Below are positions 54,201 to 64,000 of a stretch of DNA of 64,000 nt, piece after piece; position 1 is the stretch's first letter, and each line of letters opens with the position of its first letter. The notes below the pieces were generated by a model, which saw only the letters and a list, made by a program, of their open reading frames with translations, ran no database searches and was not told the DNA's origin. The stretch spans positions 10,852,001-10,916,000 of the forward strand of contig CM119372.1 of the NCBI GenBank assembly GCA_051294905.1. Direction: 5' to 3'. Position numbers and translations under genes: made by a program. This DNA comes from Botryllus schlosseri (Eukaryota).

Positions 54201-57200
54201 GAAAGTTGCAAAAAGTTGCATGAAAAAATGGACAAAAGTTGCACTATAAGATTCCTTCAAACAGCTTAAAACAGCATTCTCTAGGGTTAGTTCGGATATC
54301 GATAATTTTCACTATCTGGATAACGGATATATCCGTATATTTGGAATTTAGCTAACCGGTTAACCGGATAGTGAATCCGAAGTGAAATAATCGATTTCAC
54401 GAGGTCTGCATGAAAAATGGATCGCAAAAACATTACACAGTGTAATTGCAGTTCCCTCCTTATAAAGCACACCACATCAATAGTGGCATCCTGTAGCCGG
54501 GACAGGAGTTTTGTAACAAAGAGTCCACACGTATTAAATGCTCTTTCTGCTTCCACAAAATGGGCTGAATTATAGTAGGCTAAGCAAGGCTGAATATAGT
54601 AAGCAGCGCTTCCTTTTTGCCCATTCTTCTGTTTAGGTGTCCAGTACTGGAAGGACGAGTAGCTGATACCGGAATTGAGGCCGACATGATAGCTCGCTCT
54701 AATTCCTCCATGAGAAATTGACATGATCAGGCCCGTAGCCAGCCGAAAAATAAGGGGGGTGTTTTAAATAAAACGAGGTGGTTTCGATTTTTTTCGAATT
54801 TAGTATCAGCGGAAATCAATTACGCTTGCACGCACGAACATGTTTCCGGAATACGAACATTCGATGTCATTCAGTTTCGCAATGTCACTCATTAATCACA
54901 ATCGCTGATCATAATAATCTCAGCGGCATATTGTCTCCAAGCCACCAAGAGATAGGAGCCAACGCATGCCAGGCCCGAGACTATGGTTACGCCAGCGATG
55001 ATATCGTTCGTACCATGCCTATTGCAGATGCGATTGCGCAGGCCAGCGATAATATCGTGAGCACCAAGCCAATGCAGATGCGATTATGTAGGCCAGTGAT
55101 GGTGTATTGTCCACAGAGCCTATTGCAGATGTGATTCTGCCAGCGGAACTAAAGGCTTGTTGAAGACTCGAAAAACCAGGCCAGCAACGATAGCCGAGTT
55201 CGCGGCAATCAATGACCTAATTTGGTGATCTTCTCAGCGGGAGATTGCGTCGCGTTACACAGTGCATTGACGTATCCTGCTAATTGACGATGCGCTTCTC
55301 GCTAATTGGCCGCGCGAAACACTGATAATACGACTTATTGAAGCTTCCTAAAAGTTTAAAACACATTAACGATACTATTTTATACGGTTAACCGGCAGAT
55401 TTATATCTGGATATCGGATGATAAAAACACCTGCGGTTAACCGTTATGCGGATAATCCAACCCTACATTCTACATATCTTACGAGCATTTAGGAAGCTGC
55501 CGGAAGCTGTAAAAAAAGTTGCAAAAGTTGCAAAAAATTGTCTTTGTTATTATATTTAGCGCATCTGGTCGAATCGATGGTTAACCAGAGCCCAGGTAAA
55601 ATTTCGCGATCTTTTGGTGTGAGCCCAGACACAAAACATGATGCAAAATCTACTCTACACAATTTCCATCGAGACATATAGCGCAACTTGATTTCCACAA
55701 CATTAACTATACGTAGAGGCCATCCTCTTTTGTATTTCAAAATCAAACTTACTAAATATACATATTTCCTACCTGACATGATGCATCCTGAATAGTTTTT
55801 ACTGTTCGCAGATCGTGATGACAAAACACAAATTCCGCACGACCATGTACGCGGTAATGGCTGGTGTCTGGATATGACTGATGCGTCCGAGGCCGCATAA
55901 CGGTCTTTTTAACCATTTGTATGAGGATCCACTGAATGCAAATACTTGTAGCCTACTGTATGATTGCACAATTGTACAGTCGACTGCGCTTAATGCGGAC
56001 CAATTGGTTCCGTTCACTTCCGGCCGAATTAAGCGGAGAAATGGCTTTGTCCGCATTACCCGGAAAAATGACTGTTCGTTTCATGGGCATGAGTAAAGGT
56101 AGATAAGGCATTAAAATTGCTGTAGATCGTCTGTTTGTGGGATTAAAACGCATAGCAGCTGCGCTATACTACAGTAATTGGCACTGATCACATAAAACGC
56201 ATAGGAGTTACACATTCTGTCAGGTTAGGCGTTCGATACCAAACCATTCAACAAATATACTGTATATTACTATGTATAACACACACACATAGGGTGGAAA
56301 TAGTGCAGTACGAAGGCATGCAGCAATTGCTGAAAAGGAATTTGTTCTTGATAAAGTTATACACCGCAAAACAGTAGGACTTTTTAAAAAGCAAAAAGCT
56401 TTCAGCTGGGCTAAAAAAGTCATTTATCGTAAAGCCAGCAACAAACTGTCCAGGAAACGTTTTCGCTTTCTCTGGTAGACTTTACTGTGCCATTATGTTC
56501 TACAAGATGCATGCAAGCAATTGTACCGAGCAGGGCCGTAACTGCGGCACCCCAAACCACCAATTGGGGGGGGGGGGGTAGTGAGCTCCAAAATATTTGG
56601 AAAATAAACATAAATTATAAAGTATTTTTGATAGAATTTGGTAAAATATATGCAATTACAGACAAAATTCAGTCTTGAATTTGATAGTTTGTTCGCACTT
56701 CGCGCGATTAGACAACATATATCCAAGGTGCCGTTTCACAAGTGACGCTTTGAAGTAGCCATTAAAGGGGCTGACGAAGTGCAGTTTTTAGGTCCTGTTA
56801 CCCATTTAAAAGACACGATGCAATTGGTATGGTCTTTTTCTGTTGTTACTGCATGGTTCATCATTTTTTCGACAAAATCCTTCATAATGCAATTGAATCT
56901 TGCGTCACAACGTACGACGTAGCTTACCGATGTTTGTTTCATAGCCTAACGTTAGGAATTGCGAACCGGTCTCCAAATTAAGCGGATAATTGTCCGAATA
57001 AACAGGATTTTTCACGAGCAAGTTTTAATTTTGTTTCGTGCCTCAGCATTTTGGCCGAATAAATCGGTTGTCTGGGTTATCCGGTGTCCGAATTAAGCGG
57101 ATTCGACTGAACTTGTATAACCAGATTAACCACCCTGGAGGATAATAGAATTAGGAATAAGTTGCAATTTTTGTATAGATAATATGTAAAACTCTCACGT

Positions 57201-60200
57201 CTTTATGCCATGTTTTGGCGTGCGTCTCCTTTGTATTCGATCCAGATGACAGCAAAACTGAAACATAAAACAATATATTTCTTGACGTTGCAAGTCCGCA
57301 ATCAAGGGTAACTGCGCGCTAAATATGATCGTCTCAAATTAAAGTTGAACGCAAGGAAAATTTCTCTTAGCAGTCATTTTCCTCAGAAAGCCGAACTGCT
57401 GCTGAAACAGTTTCACTCCTGGTGCTATTTTGCAGAGATGAGCGGATTTGGACTTTCTATATCCTAAACCTATACAAATCCGAAGTTTCAAATCCTAATC
57501 AAATCCAAATCCAGAACTTTTGTATATTTCATCATCATCGTCATTGGTTTATTAGCAATTTTATCAGTTCAATACACCACAAAAAATGCGATACAATGAA
57601 AAGAAAGGAAGATGTCGAAGCGACTAGGAGTTGTCTATGGAATCGGGCACCCACCTTGGCCTAGGCGATGTTAAGAGGAGGCATGCACACTGAATGAAAG
57701 TAAAGAAGATAGTATAGAAAAAGTAGTATTCAAATCCCCGTCCAATCTTAATCCGATTCTAACTTGAAATTCAGAAAAAATGCTTATTTATGCAAGGAAG
57801 GAATTGGAAAATTTTCTTTCTCAACGAACAATTCTCTTGATTTAAGATAACTTAGCATAGGGATGAGCCTCTCGTGTTCATTGCAACCGAGTGTACCATA
57901 GTGTAGTGTACCGTAAGTACATTAATAACTAATCTTAATAAATTTTGTCGCCGTTCGCCACACGAGAGATCAATTTCCCAGAAAATCGGTAAATCCAATC
58001 CTAATCGGTTCAGAAAAAATCCCTAATCTTAATCCAATCCTAATCCGACAAAATGTCACAAATCCGTTTTTTTTCAAACTCCAATACTAATCCATGCTCA
58101 GCTCATCTCTGCTATTTTGCAATCCATCAATCTCTGTGGTATCGAAGACAAGCGTCATCGCTTCATCACACTTTGCGAAAACTGCTGGACAGGGTTGTAA
58201 CCAAGTCACAAGGCTCCGACTCACAAGTCAATCTCACTTTTATCGTTTTGACTCGAGTCAGGTCAAGTCATTTTCAATTCAGCACCGTGTCAAGTCCGGG
58301 TCCAAGTCAGCAAGCAGAGGGTCGAGTCCGAGTCATGGTATTGTGACTCGATTCCGAGTTCAAGTCATTGTGTTGACTGCCCAGTTTCCAATTAAAGTCT
58401 TGTTAAACGCACTTTTTATAACTCTGTTTGGTGATATCGAATGTTTCGCATTTATAATATAATTGAATAGTATATTCATATTGAAATGAAACCCGAATAT
58501 TTTCGTCTGACACTCGTCAGGGGAAATCGTCAGCAACCAGTAGAGAATGAGAAAGAACATTGTATATCAACAATCGTATCACAAAATATTACGTCACCAG
58601 CATGAAACTTCACGTATGTGTGCCTTGGAGTCGACTTTTATCAAAATACACCAACCGACACTCTGTCAACAGAAGGTGTTGGTGTACCACTTGGGAATAT
58701 TGCACTAAACGCTGTCGCATTCGAAGTTTCATGCTGGTGACATCATATTTTGTGATACGATTGTTGATATACAATGTTCTTTCTTATTCTCTACTAGTTG
58801 CTGACGATTACCCCTGACGAGTGTCAGCCGAAAATATTCGGGTTTCATTTCAATATGAATATACTAATCAATTGTATGCTGAAGTTTTGTACCTCCAAGA
58901 ATCTCTTCATTTATAATATACTATTTTTCGTCACTTTTAAAAGTTTCTAGTCGCATTTTCAAGTACCAGTACCAATAGACGAAATCCCAATGGTGGGGTT
59001 TCTTCGAAATTTTGGCCGTCTGAGTCTCGAGTCATACGACTTGGTTCGAGTCCAAGTCGAGTCAATACACAGATATGACTCGAGTCGAGTCGAGCCATTT
59101 CCGTATTTTGCGAATCAGAAAATCGTGACTCGAGTCGAGTCATGACTCGAGTCATTGCAACCCTGCTGCTGGATAAAATTGGCTGAACACTATCTAAAAT
59201 TCCTTCATAACTAACATCGGCTGACACCTGAAATTCGTTTTCTGCGTGACTGCTTATTCGCGCAAAGAACGTGCAACTAGGCTATCATTTAAAACAAACG
59301 GTGTTTTAAAACACTTTGTTTAAAGCATGTTTTAAAAAAGGCCTTTTTAAAAAAAATTGTGCTTTTTTTAAGTTGTAAAATTATGCCATAATTGTGTAAA
59401 TACTTTCCAAAAACATGTTGTATGAGCCTACGGACAATTAACACCCGATATAGCCGACGTATATCAATATGGGATGATTGGATCACTCAAAACAGTCGGT
59501 TCAACATTAATACTAAATGTATTTCGTCAAAGGAGCTATATTTACCCTATATTTTCAATTGTCGATGTCAATACATTATGACGTCATAATTGGAAATTCG
59601 TGACGTCATGGCTTTTAAAAAACAAACAAAACAAAAAACAATTAAAACATGTTTTAAATTAGAGCCTTGTTTAAAACATGTTTGTTTTACATTGATTTTT
59701 TTTTAAATGCAACCCTACGTGCAACAGTGGCGGGATGGTTATCAGAAGTTTCGCAAAGCGTCGAGAAGCGATGACACGTGACCTCGATACCACAGACATT
59801 GGTGAATTACAATACGACCACTCGTGAAGATATTTTAGCTGCAGTTCGAATACGGTGACTTTCTGAGGAAAATGACTGCTGACAAAATTATTTTCATACT
59901 TTCAACTTTAATCTAAGACCACATCATATTTAGTGCGCGGTGCCACTTCAGGCAGTTAGTTACATACTTGGATGTAATACCCCAGGTCTTGTGATAGTTT
60001 TTGTATATACTACAAATTTTTCAGTTTGTTTTGAGCTTAACCCGTGTCTGCTGGCCTATAAGATAAAAGATATTGAGAAATCTAATTGAAAACGAATAAC
60101 CACACGCTCCTTACTGTTGGCCACCTCTGACACCCTTGGACAACATCATTCGAGGATATCCTGTTCTTATCCGCGCCCAGATAGCAGGTTAGTCCTTCTG

Positions 60201-60659
60201 ACCAGATCTCGGGCGATAACGAAGTACGTTCTTGGAAGATGTTCCTTGAGCAATGTTTTACGGAGGCAATTGGCGGCTCGAACAGCATCTTGGTAAAAAT
60301 TAATGTTGACACATAACCGATAAAACACGATTCCTTAACCTCTATGTAGCAGCTTACCTTCCCTATTCTCTTACATACGCTTGACTCTGGTACCTTAATG
60401 TCAAAGAACACACAGCCATTATGGGGCTTCTCTGATTTTGCACTCGCTGTTTGGCCCCGCGTACTCTCCCGAACGTTCTCCAAGGCACAATCGCGCAACG
60501 ATGACACATCCCAAGTGCTACCATGAGCTTGTGCACGATTGTCACTAGGACGTAACTCAGTTTGACAAGCAGTATCCCGGGTCATTTTGTTGTAATACCC
60601 TCTGTCACATCTTCTCAGACAGGACAAGCCCTCTTCAATGCTTACATTTACACCGGTAC
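42001..60659 (-). CDS. Uncharacterised multi-exon protein (about 675 aa from ATG 60585) with putative ubiquitin-fold/UBX-like segments; exons 60659(or ATG 60585)-60115, 55931-55773, 53853-53432, 52976-52833, 52589-52501, 52441-52405, 51523-51395, 45857-45681, 45611-45433, 42220-42001
   Basis: Ten segments joined by GT-AG introns with consistent junction phases (0,0,0,0,2,0,0,0,2), including 59-bp and 69-bp introns. Transposons fall in the gaps between segments. One 1-nt frame disruption lies in exon 3. Confidence 0.7.
42290..45250. mobile_element. Multi-level nest of hAT-type MITEs filling the last intron of the minus-strand gene
   Basis: Outer GACTC-family fragment (42290, resumes 45207) contains 42387-45205 (TSD TACTAGAC/TACTATAA), which contains 42493-43880 (itself containing 43334-43827) and 44183-45026 (TSD ATATAGAC). 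Confidence 0.75.
45433..45611 (-). CDS. Minus-strand gene exon 9 (AASVKDTTSKYEIRFSIP...AYDKMNK)
   Basis: Follows a 69-bp intron; atttgtcag|GCT ... AAGAG|gtaatt; 179 nt, phase 0-2. Confidence 0.65.
45681..45857 (-). CDS. Minus-strand gene exon 8 (DLYTWTRRRLL...FACQEIPK)
   Basis: Strong acceptor ttttgtttttccttcag|GAT; donor CCAAAA|gtttgt; 177 nt, phase 0-0. Confidence 0.7.
45925..48756 (+). mobile_element. 5'-truncated CR1/L2-group LINE (ORF2 C-terminus 45928-46389 plus 3' UTR with (CT)n tail), interrupted by a P-like element
   Basis: VHCHLTYGITVWG...KLQVLQNKAIRII...LGILKVSDLY...HHYNTR...IGVKFWNNVP is the typical post-RT region of CR1/L2-type ORF2; the UTR resumes after 48420 and ends AATAAA...(CT)n. 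Confidence 0.88.
46503..48413. mobile_element. Non-autonomous P-superfamily-like element with about 550-bp TIRs
   Basis: CATAGTGTCCTATATGGTGTCGAC termini; 7-bp TSD ATCACAC; arms about 46503-47055 and 47855-48413. Confidence 0.88.
49158..49386 (+). mobile_element. tRNA-derived SINE with (AG)n tail
   Basis: A-box TGGCGCAGTTGG, B-box GGTTCGAATTCC, non-tRNA body, (GA)n tail. Confidence 0.8.
49447..51220. mobile_element. hAT (Charlie-like) element, longer copy of the 44183-45026 family, with nested MITE 50728-50925
   Basis: TIR CAGAGGTCTCAAAC; the nested insert has a perfect TSD GTCATGAT and is absent from the 44183 copy. Confidence 0.88.
51395..51523 (-). CDS. Minus-strand gene exon 7 (SFMSSK...ATVSIKFKAQFISNDFELHQSLQ)
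   Basis: ctacctttacag|AGT ... CTTCAG|gtttac; 129 nt, phase 0-0. Confidence 0.68.
52405..52441 (-). CDS. Minus-strand gene exon 6 (KRAAFRSSGTKSA)
   Basis: Follows a 59-bp intron; ttattacag|G ... GCA|gtaaga; 37 nt, phase 2-0. Confidence 0.6.
52501..52589 (-). CDS. Minus-strand gene exon 5 (DGSQMQSS...LKKMR)
   Basis: tttccctttccatag|GAC ... CGAAA|gtaaat; 89 nt, phase 0-2. Confidence 0.65.
52833..52976 (-). CDS. Minus-strand gene exon 4 (VNPRKQKRKK...DDASNNK)
   Basis: gatattag|GTG ... AACAAG|gttgtg; 144 nt, phase 0-0; basic NLS-like cluster. Confidence 0.65.
53432..53853 (-). CDS. Minus-strand gene exon 3 (HFMNMDLEEAL...RPDVHVL), contains an apparent 1-nt frameshift
   Basis: Strong acceptor ttgttttcacttatcag|CAT; donor GTATTG|gtaggt; length 422 nt, covered by two overlapping ORFs in different frames. 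Confidence 0.6.
53959..55544. mobile_element. Second copy of the 11719 MITE, split by a nested element at 54282-55465
   Basis: The host resumes at CATTCTAC (TSD; left copy CATTCT-C); the insert has TAGGGTT...AACCCTA ends and CCGGATA-type repeats. Confidence 0.85.
54990..55145. repeat. About 51-bp degenerate tandem repeat, 3 copies
   Basis: GCCAG(C/T)GAT...TGCAGATG(C/T)GATT repeated three times. Confidence 0.7.
55773..55931 (-). CDS. Minus-strand gene exon 2 (WILIQMVKK...TVKTIQDASCQ)
   Basis: gcattcag|TGG ... TGTCAG|gtagga; 159 nt, open, phase 0-0. Confidence 0.65.
55977..57109. mobile_element. Tc1/mariner (pogo/Tigger-like) MITE
   Basis: TA|CAGTCGAC.GCGCTTAAT ... ATTAAGCGGATTCGACTG termini; AATTAAGCGG subterminal repeats. 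Confidence 0.7.
57433..58111. mobile_element. AATCC-rich hAT-type MITE
   Basis: TIR CAGAGATGAGC; perfect TSD CTATTTTG. Confidence 0.9.
58190..59165. mobile_element. GACTCGAGTC-rich hAT-type MITE
   Basis: CAGGGTTG...CAACCCTG; perfect TSD CTGCTGGA. Confidence 0.9.
58462..58907. mobile_element. Asymmetric inverted-repeat element flanked by a 13-bp direct repeat
   Basis: About 155-bp inverted arms 58458-58611 and 58723-58877, a 30-bp extra tail on the right, CATTTATAATATA at 58449-58461 and 58908-58920; absent from the sister copy at 28980-29797. Confidence 0.8.
59278..59717. mobile_element. AAAACA/TGTTTT-rich hAT-type MITE
   Basis: TAGG...AACCCTA ends; perfect TSD CGTGCAAC. Confidence 0.85.
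60115..60659 (-). CDS. Minus-strand gene, first visible coding exon (ATG at 60585, or internal exon from acceptor at 60659)
   Basis: 181-aa ORF; donor CCAACA|gtaagg (phase 0); possible acceptor ttttataag|GT at 60659. Confidence 0.65.
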
Positions 60660-61751
60660 CTTATAAAACGCTAAACGTTGACTATAGCGTCAGTTGTGTC
60701 ATGATTGCGAGTAGCTATATATTTGCGAGGCAAACGAGAACTTAGCTAGCAGGCTCGATGTCGAGATACGAATGACACAACACAAGACTGAAGGAGGGCG
60801 AAGGACAAATAATTGGGAAACACATTATTGACAGCACACTTGACTTGGAGAGACACTTGATGAGTGCCTATGATATCGAAGATATGCATTTTTGTAGAAG
60901 CCACATCGCTCTACCACAGTCCGATGTCCACGGCCTTAAAATGACACGTATAGAGCTATACGGCGGACGGATATTACAAATGTAGCCTACGTAATATCAG
61001 GATTGGAAACGATCGATTTGGGTCGCAGTTTTGTTTTGATTCTAGTCGTTTGGCATATGTCGTCGGGGCAGTTTCACATAATTTGAAGTACAAATATTTT
61101 CGCTTCCAAATACTCCTTCAGTCACTTAGTAGCCTATAGCCTATACAGTGTGCTACAACCACACCAATTCCATATGTAACATTTATAATCTCATTTGTAA
61201 TGAAGCAATTGGTAACAAGCTATTGCGTTCAGACCAATCATTGTGATGGCACTTTCTATGGGAAGCCTCGCATTTCTGAACTTATTGTCTCTGAAAGGGA
61301 ACATCAGAAGTCCGCGCACTGATTTTCAATAAATATTCATTTTGTTTTAGTTTTGTGTGAAAATTATATTTTATTCTATTAACACTATTTATACACCAGT
61401 AATCTATTGTAATGTATCAACTGTGTAGTTTTATTTGTATTGTGGTAGATATTTTTGTTCTATGACACAGTATCTTGGGTTTCCGGGTAGGCTTGCAGAT
61501 TTAGCGGAGGCTAAGTGTTCCGCGGTTAGTAATTTTGGTTAAAGCGGCACTACGCTCTAAATATGATGTGGTCTCCAATCAAAGAAAAATATCGGGAAAT
61601 TTTCTTCCCCGCAGCCATTTTCTTCAGGTAGCCACTGCAATGGTACTCCAGCTAAATGATTTTTCGGAAACGCCCAGCTCCACACTAGCAGCAAAATAAA
61701 TCTATATGCTAGCTGTCGCGCCTGCGCGAAGCTCGGCCAGTATGGTGATCA

Positions 61752-63263
61752 CTGGAGCGATTTTTTTGACATGTCAAAATAGTCAAAATTTTGTTAAAAT
61801 TGTTGCGTTATGTCAAAAAATTGTTTACAAAGTCAAAATTATTTTGCATCCTGCATTTGGTTTGTATCGTAGATATTTACACGGTCGGTGAACTTACCAT
61901 TTGACATTTTTTAGCTTATAGCCTACTCTATAGGCCTACCGTTGCAGGAGGTCAATTGTGTGCTCATTGCGAATCATAAACGGTCCAATGAATCAAATAG
62001 GTTGACATGGTGTTGTACTCAACTGTACCGCACGCAATATCCTAACTAAAGCAAGACTGCGTGAACATTGGCTCTTATATCAAGAAGAACATGATGAAGA
62101 ATTGTGATGTGGACGACAACGTCAGAATGAAACAACGCGGTATGTCACCAGCAGTGTACGCACGACTTCAGTGTTGCCAGTCAACAACTGCTGCTGTCGA
62201 ACGTTCTTTCTTCATTCTTGGCAAGCTACTTAGTAAGGACAGACACTTTCTACTCAAGAATATGCCTTTCGCTGTACTACAATAAATTTTAAATATTTTC
62301 ACCATAATGCGTGATGTAGCCTAACTACTGGAATTCTTCATAGGTCCAGATTTGTAGAAATAAAAAAAAATATGTAAAAATTTGTCAGTTTTTGAGTGAA
62401 AAAAGTTTTCTCAGGCCAAACCAATTCGTAATGACAGACAGTTCCAACCAGAAATGAAGATAAGTATTAGGGGTTGTGTGAACGTGAGGTTCACGTTCAC
62501 TACATGTAGGCAGCGAAACATGCTTATTCAACCATTCACTGGAATTGATACCGTTCTCTGATTTAAAAAATCTAGCAGGTATACGGGACCAGGGTCAATA
62601 CTGACTTCATATGCGTATTGTATCATAAAAAAATCCTTGTAATTGCGGAGTTGGCTACTGCTGTGTAACTTGTTAATGGGGTAATATCGGTAGCAAGAAT
62701 AGAAACCCGTTTTACACTCTGCTCAATGTCAACGTAGAAATACTCAGACGCCGAATGCCTTGTCCGGCCTGGCCTAGACTGTTGAGGCGTAAGCTTATAT
62801 CCCCTTGCAAGTCCTCGTCGAAACTGTTGGCAAAGCGACGGAAGATATTGATTTTATGGAATTATTATATCATTTGATTGCCCCATTTGATACATTTGGC
62901 GACGTTTAAAACGTCAGCATTGTGGCATTATGTGGCCCGAGTCGTCGCTAGGCATCGTGCACATTAATATAGGCTATCACTTCATTGAAATGTAGGGTTG
63001 GAATTAGCAATATGACGTCACGTGACGTCATGAGGTTCACGTTTGCGTTCACACAGAACCTTTCAAAACGGATCGCGTTCACACGAACCTGAACCTTTCA
63101 GAGGTTCATACCATCCCTAGAAGTAGTAGACGTCAATTTTAACATTATGAGCGGAAACAGCGAATTTACATACATGAGGTCACAACTTTGTCAAAATTAA
63201 GTTTTTTAAGGTCAGAAAACGTCAAAATTTTGATTTTTAGGTCCAAATCTTCCGGCTTTTAGG
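61752..63263 (+). mobile_element. Third copy of the hAT-like family with a transposase remnant (ORF 62061-62285), split by nested element 62468-63119
   Basis: CQSTTAAVERSFFILGKLLSKDRHF; the nested insert has TAGGG...CCCTA ends and GTTCAC repeats. Confidence 0.75.
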
Positions 63264-63303
63264 TATGTGACATTGAGAGTTCGTGCTATTGTATCATGTA
63301 GAA

Positions 63304-63400
63304 CAGGGGTCACCAACCCGGTGCCCGCGGGCCCCAGGTAGCCCGCGGGGACTAGATGAGTAGCCCGCGAGCCCATTCTAAAAATAGGTGGAATAGCAGC
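63304..63400. mobile_element. Left end of a hAT (Charlie-like) element
   Basis: CAGGGGTCACCAAC followed by GCCCGCG repeats; no matching right end identified. Confidence 0.55.
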
Positions 63401-64000
63401 ATTTACCAATGTTCGTCAGATTATTACCAGTGAGCTTTTAAATATATAGATTGATTGATTCAGCTATTCTTGTTCCAAACACACTAACATGTAACTTACA
63501 TATATAAACACTTAAAAATATCTTCAATTACAATAAGTGATATATAGATGTATGTGATAGAATCACCAGAAATTCCAAGATACGGCGCATTGCCTATAAA
63601 GGCGACATGACGGAATGCCGTCCACGGTCTTCTTGAAATGGTAGGGGGTTCCGTTGCGATAGCTCGACGACCAGGACAATGCCAAAGTAGTAAACAATAT
63701 TACTATTCGGAGTCAGATAGCCGTGAAGTACTAGCAGATTTTCGATATCTGTATACCCATTACATATTGCATCTTTTGGCACAGCTTGTTTCTGTTACAC
63801 TCAACGCAGTTTGATATATCATTGATATATCATGTTTCTAACTTTCTGTAATCGTTGCTGCTGTCCGGTATAATGAAATCTTGTAATTTCTGGATGCTGA
63901 ACAGTTGGAGATTGAAATTGTAACACTACAAAATGACCCCCATCTCAGTCTGCATCAAACGTTTGGTGCATTGTTGATACGGAAAAGTACAGTGGTGTAT

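Larger units (their letters stand above)
57302..59950. mobile_element. Old palindromic (possibly Kolobok-like) element hosting three hAT-type insertions
   Basis: Inverted arms (CTAAATATGAT..., CAGTCATTTTCCTCAGAAAG, TGTGGTATCGA...CATCGCTTC); a related left end preceded by TTAA at about 61540. Confidence 0.65.

Noticed and set aside
55799..56153. ORFs 55799-56056, 55881-56096 and 55953-56153 as coding
   Set aside because: They largely overlap the Tigger-like MITE end; the phase-compatible exon (55931-55773) is in a stretch not reported by the ORF track.
63594..63782. Upstream exon of the minus-strand gene
   Set aside because: No convincing phase-1 donor or motif was found, and it lies next to a hAT end; this cannot be resolved within the window.

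Overview
AT-rich eukaryotic DNA with introns and a high transposon density, most consistent with an invertebrate deuterostome such as an ascidian (inferred, not proven). Two convergent genes can be reconstructed by hand. (1) A plus-strand, 4-coding-exon N-terminal RASSF gene (RASSF9/10 type, 31236-36298, about 1191 aa) with an RA domain, the NYVQDAYL motif and a DSDTG...ETLV tail; it is more than twice the length of the vertebrate proteins. (2) A minus-strand gene that the ORF track shows only as disconnected fragments (about 60659/60585 down to 42001, 10 phase-compatible GT-AG exons, about 675 aa). It appears to encode several divergent ubiquitin-fold/UBX-like segments and carries one apparent 1-nt frameshift. 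The rest is a largely non-coding 31-kb upstream region and large introns filled with mobile elements: many nested hAT MITEs with 8-bp TSDs, a Chapaev3 derivative with a transposase remnant, a P-like long-TIR element, a MULE/foldback-like element, a Tigger-like MITE, two tRNA-derived SINEs and LINE 3' fragments. All assignments come from reading the sequence; no database searches were run.
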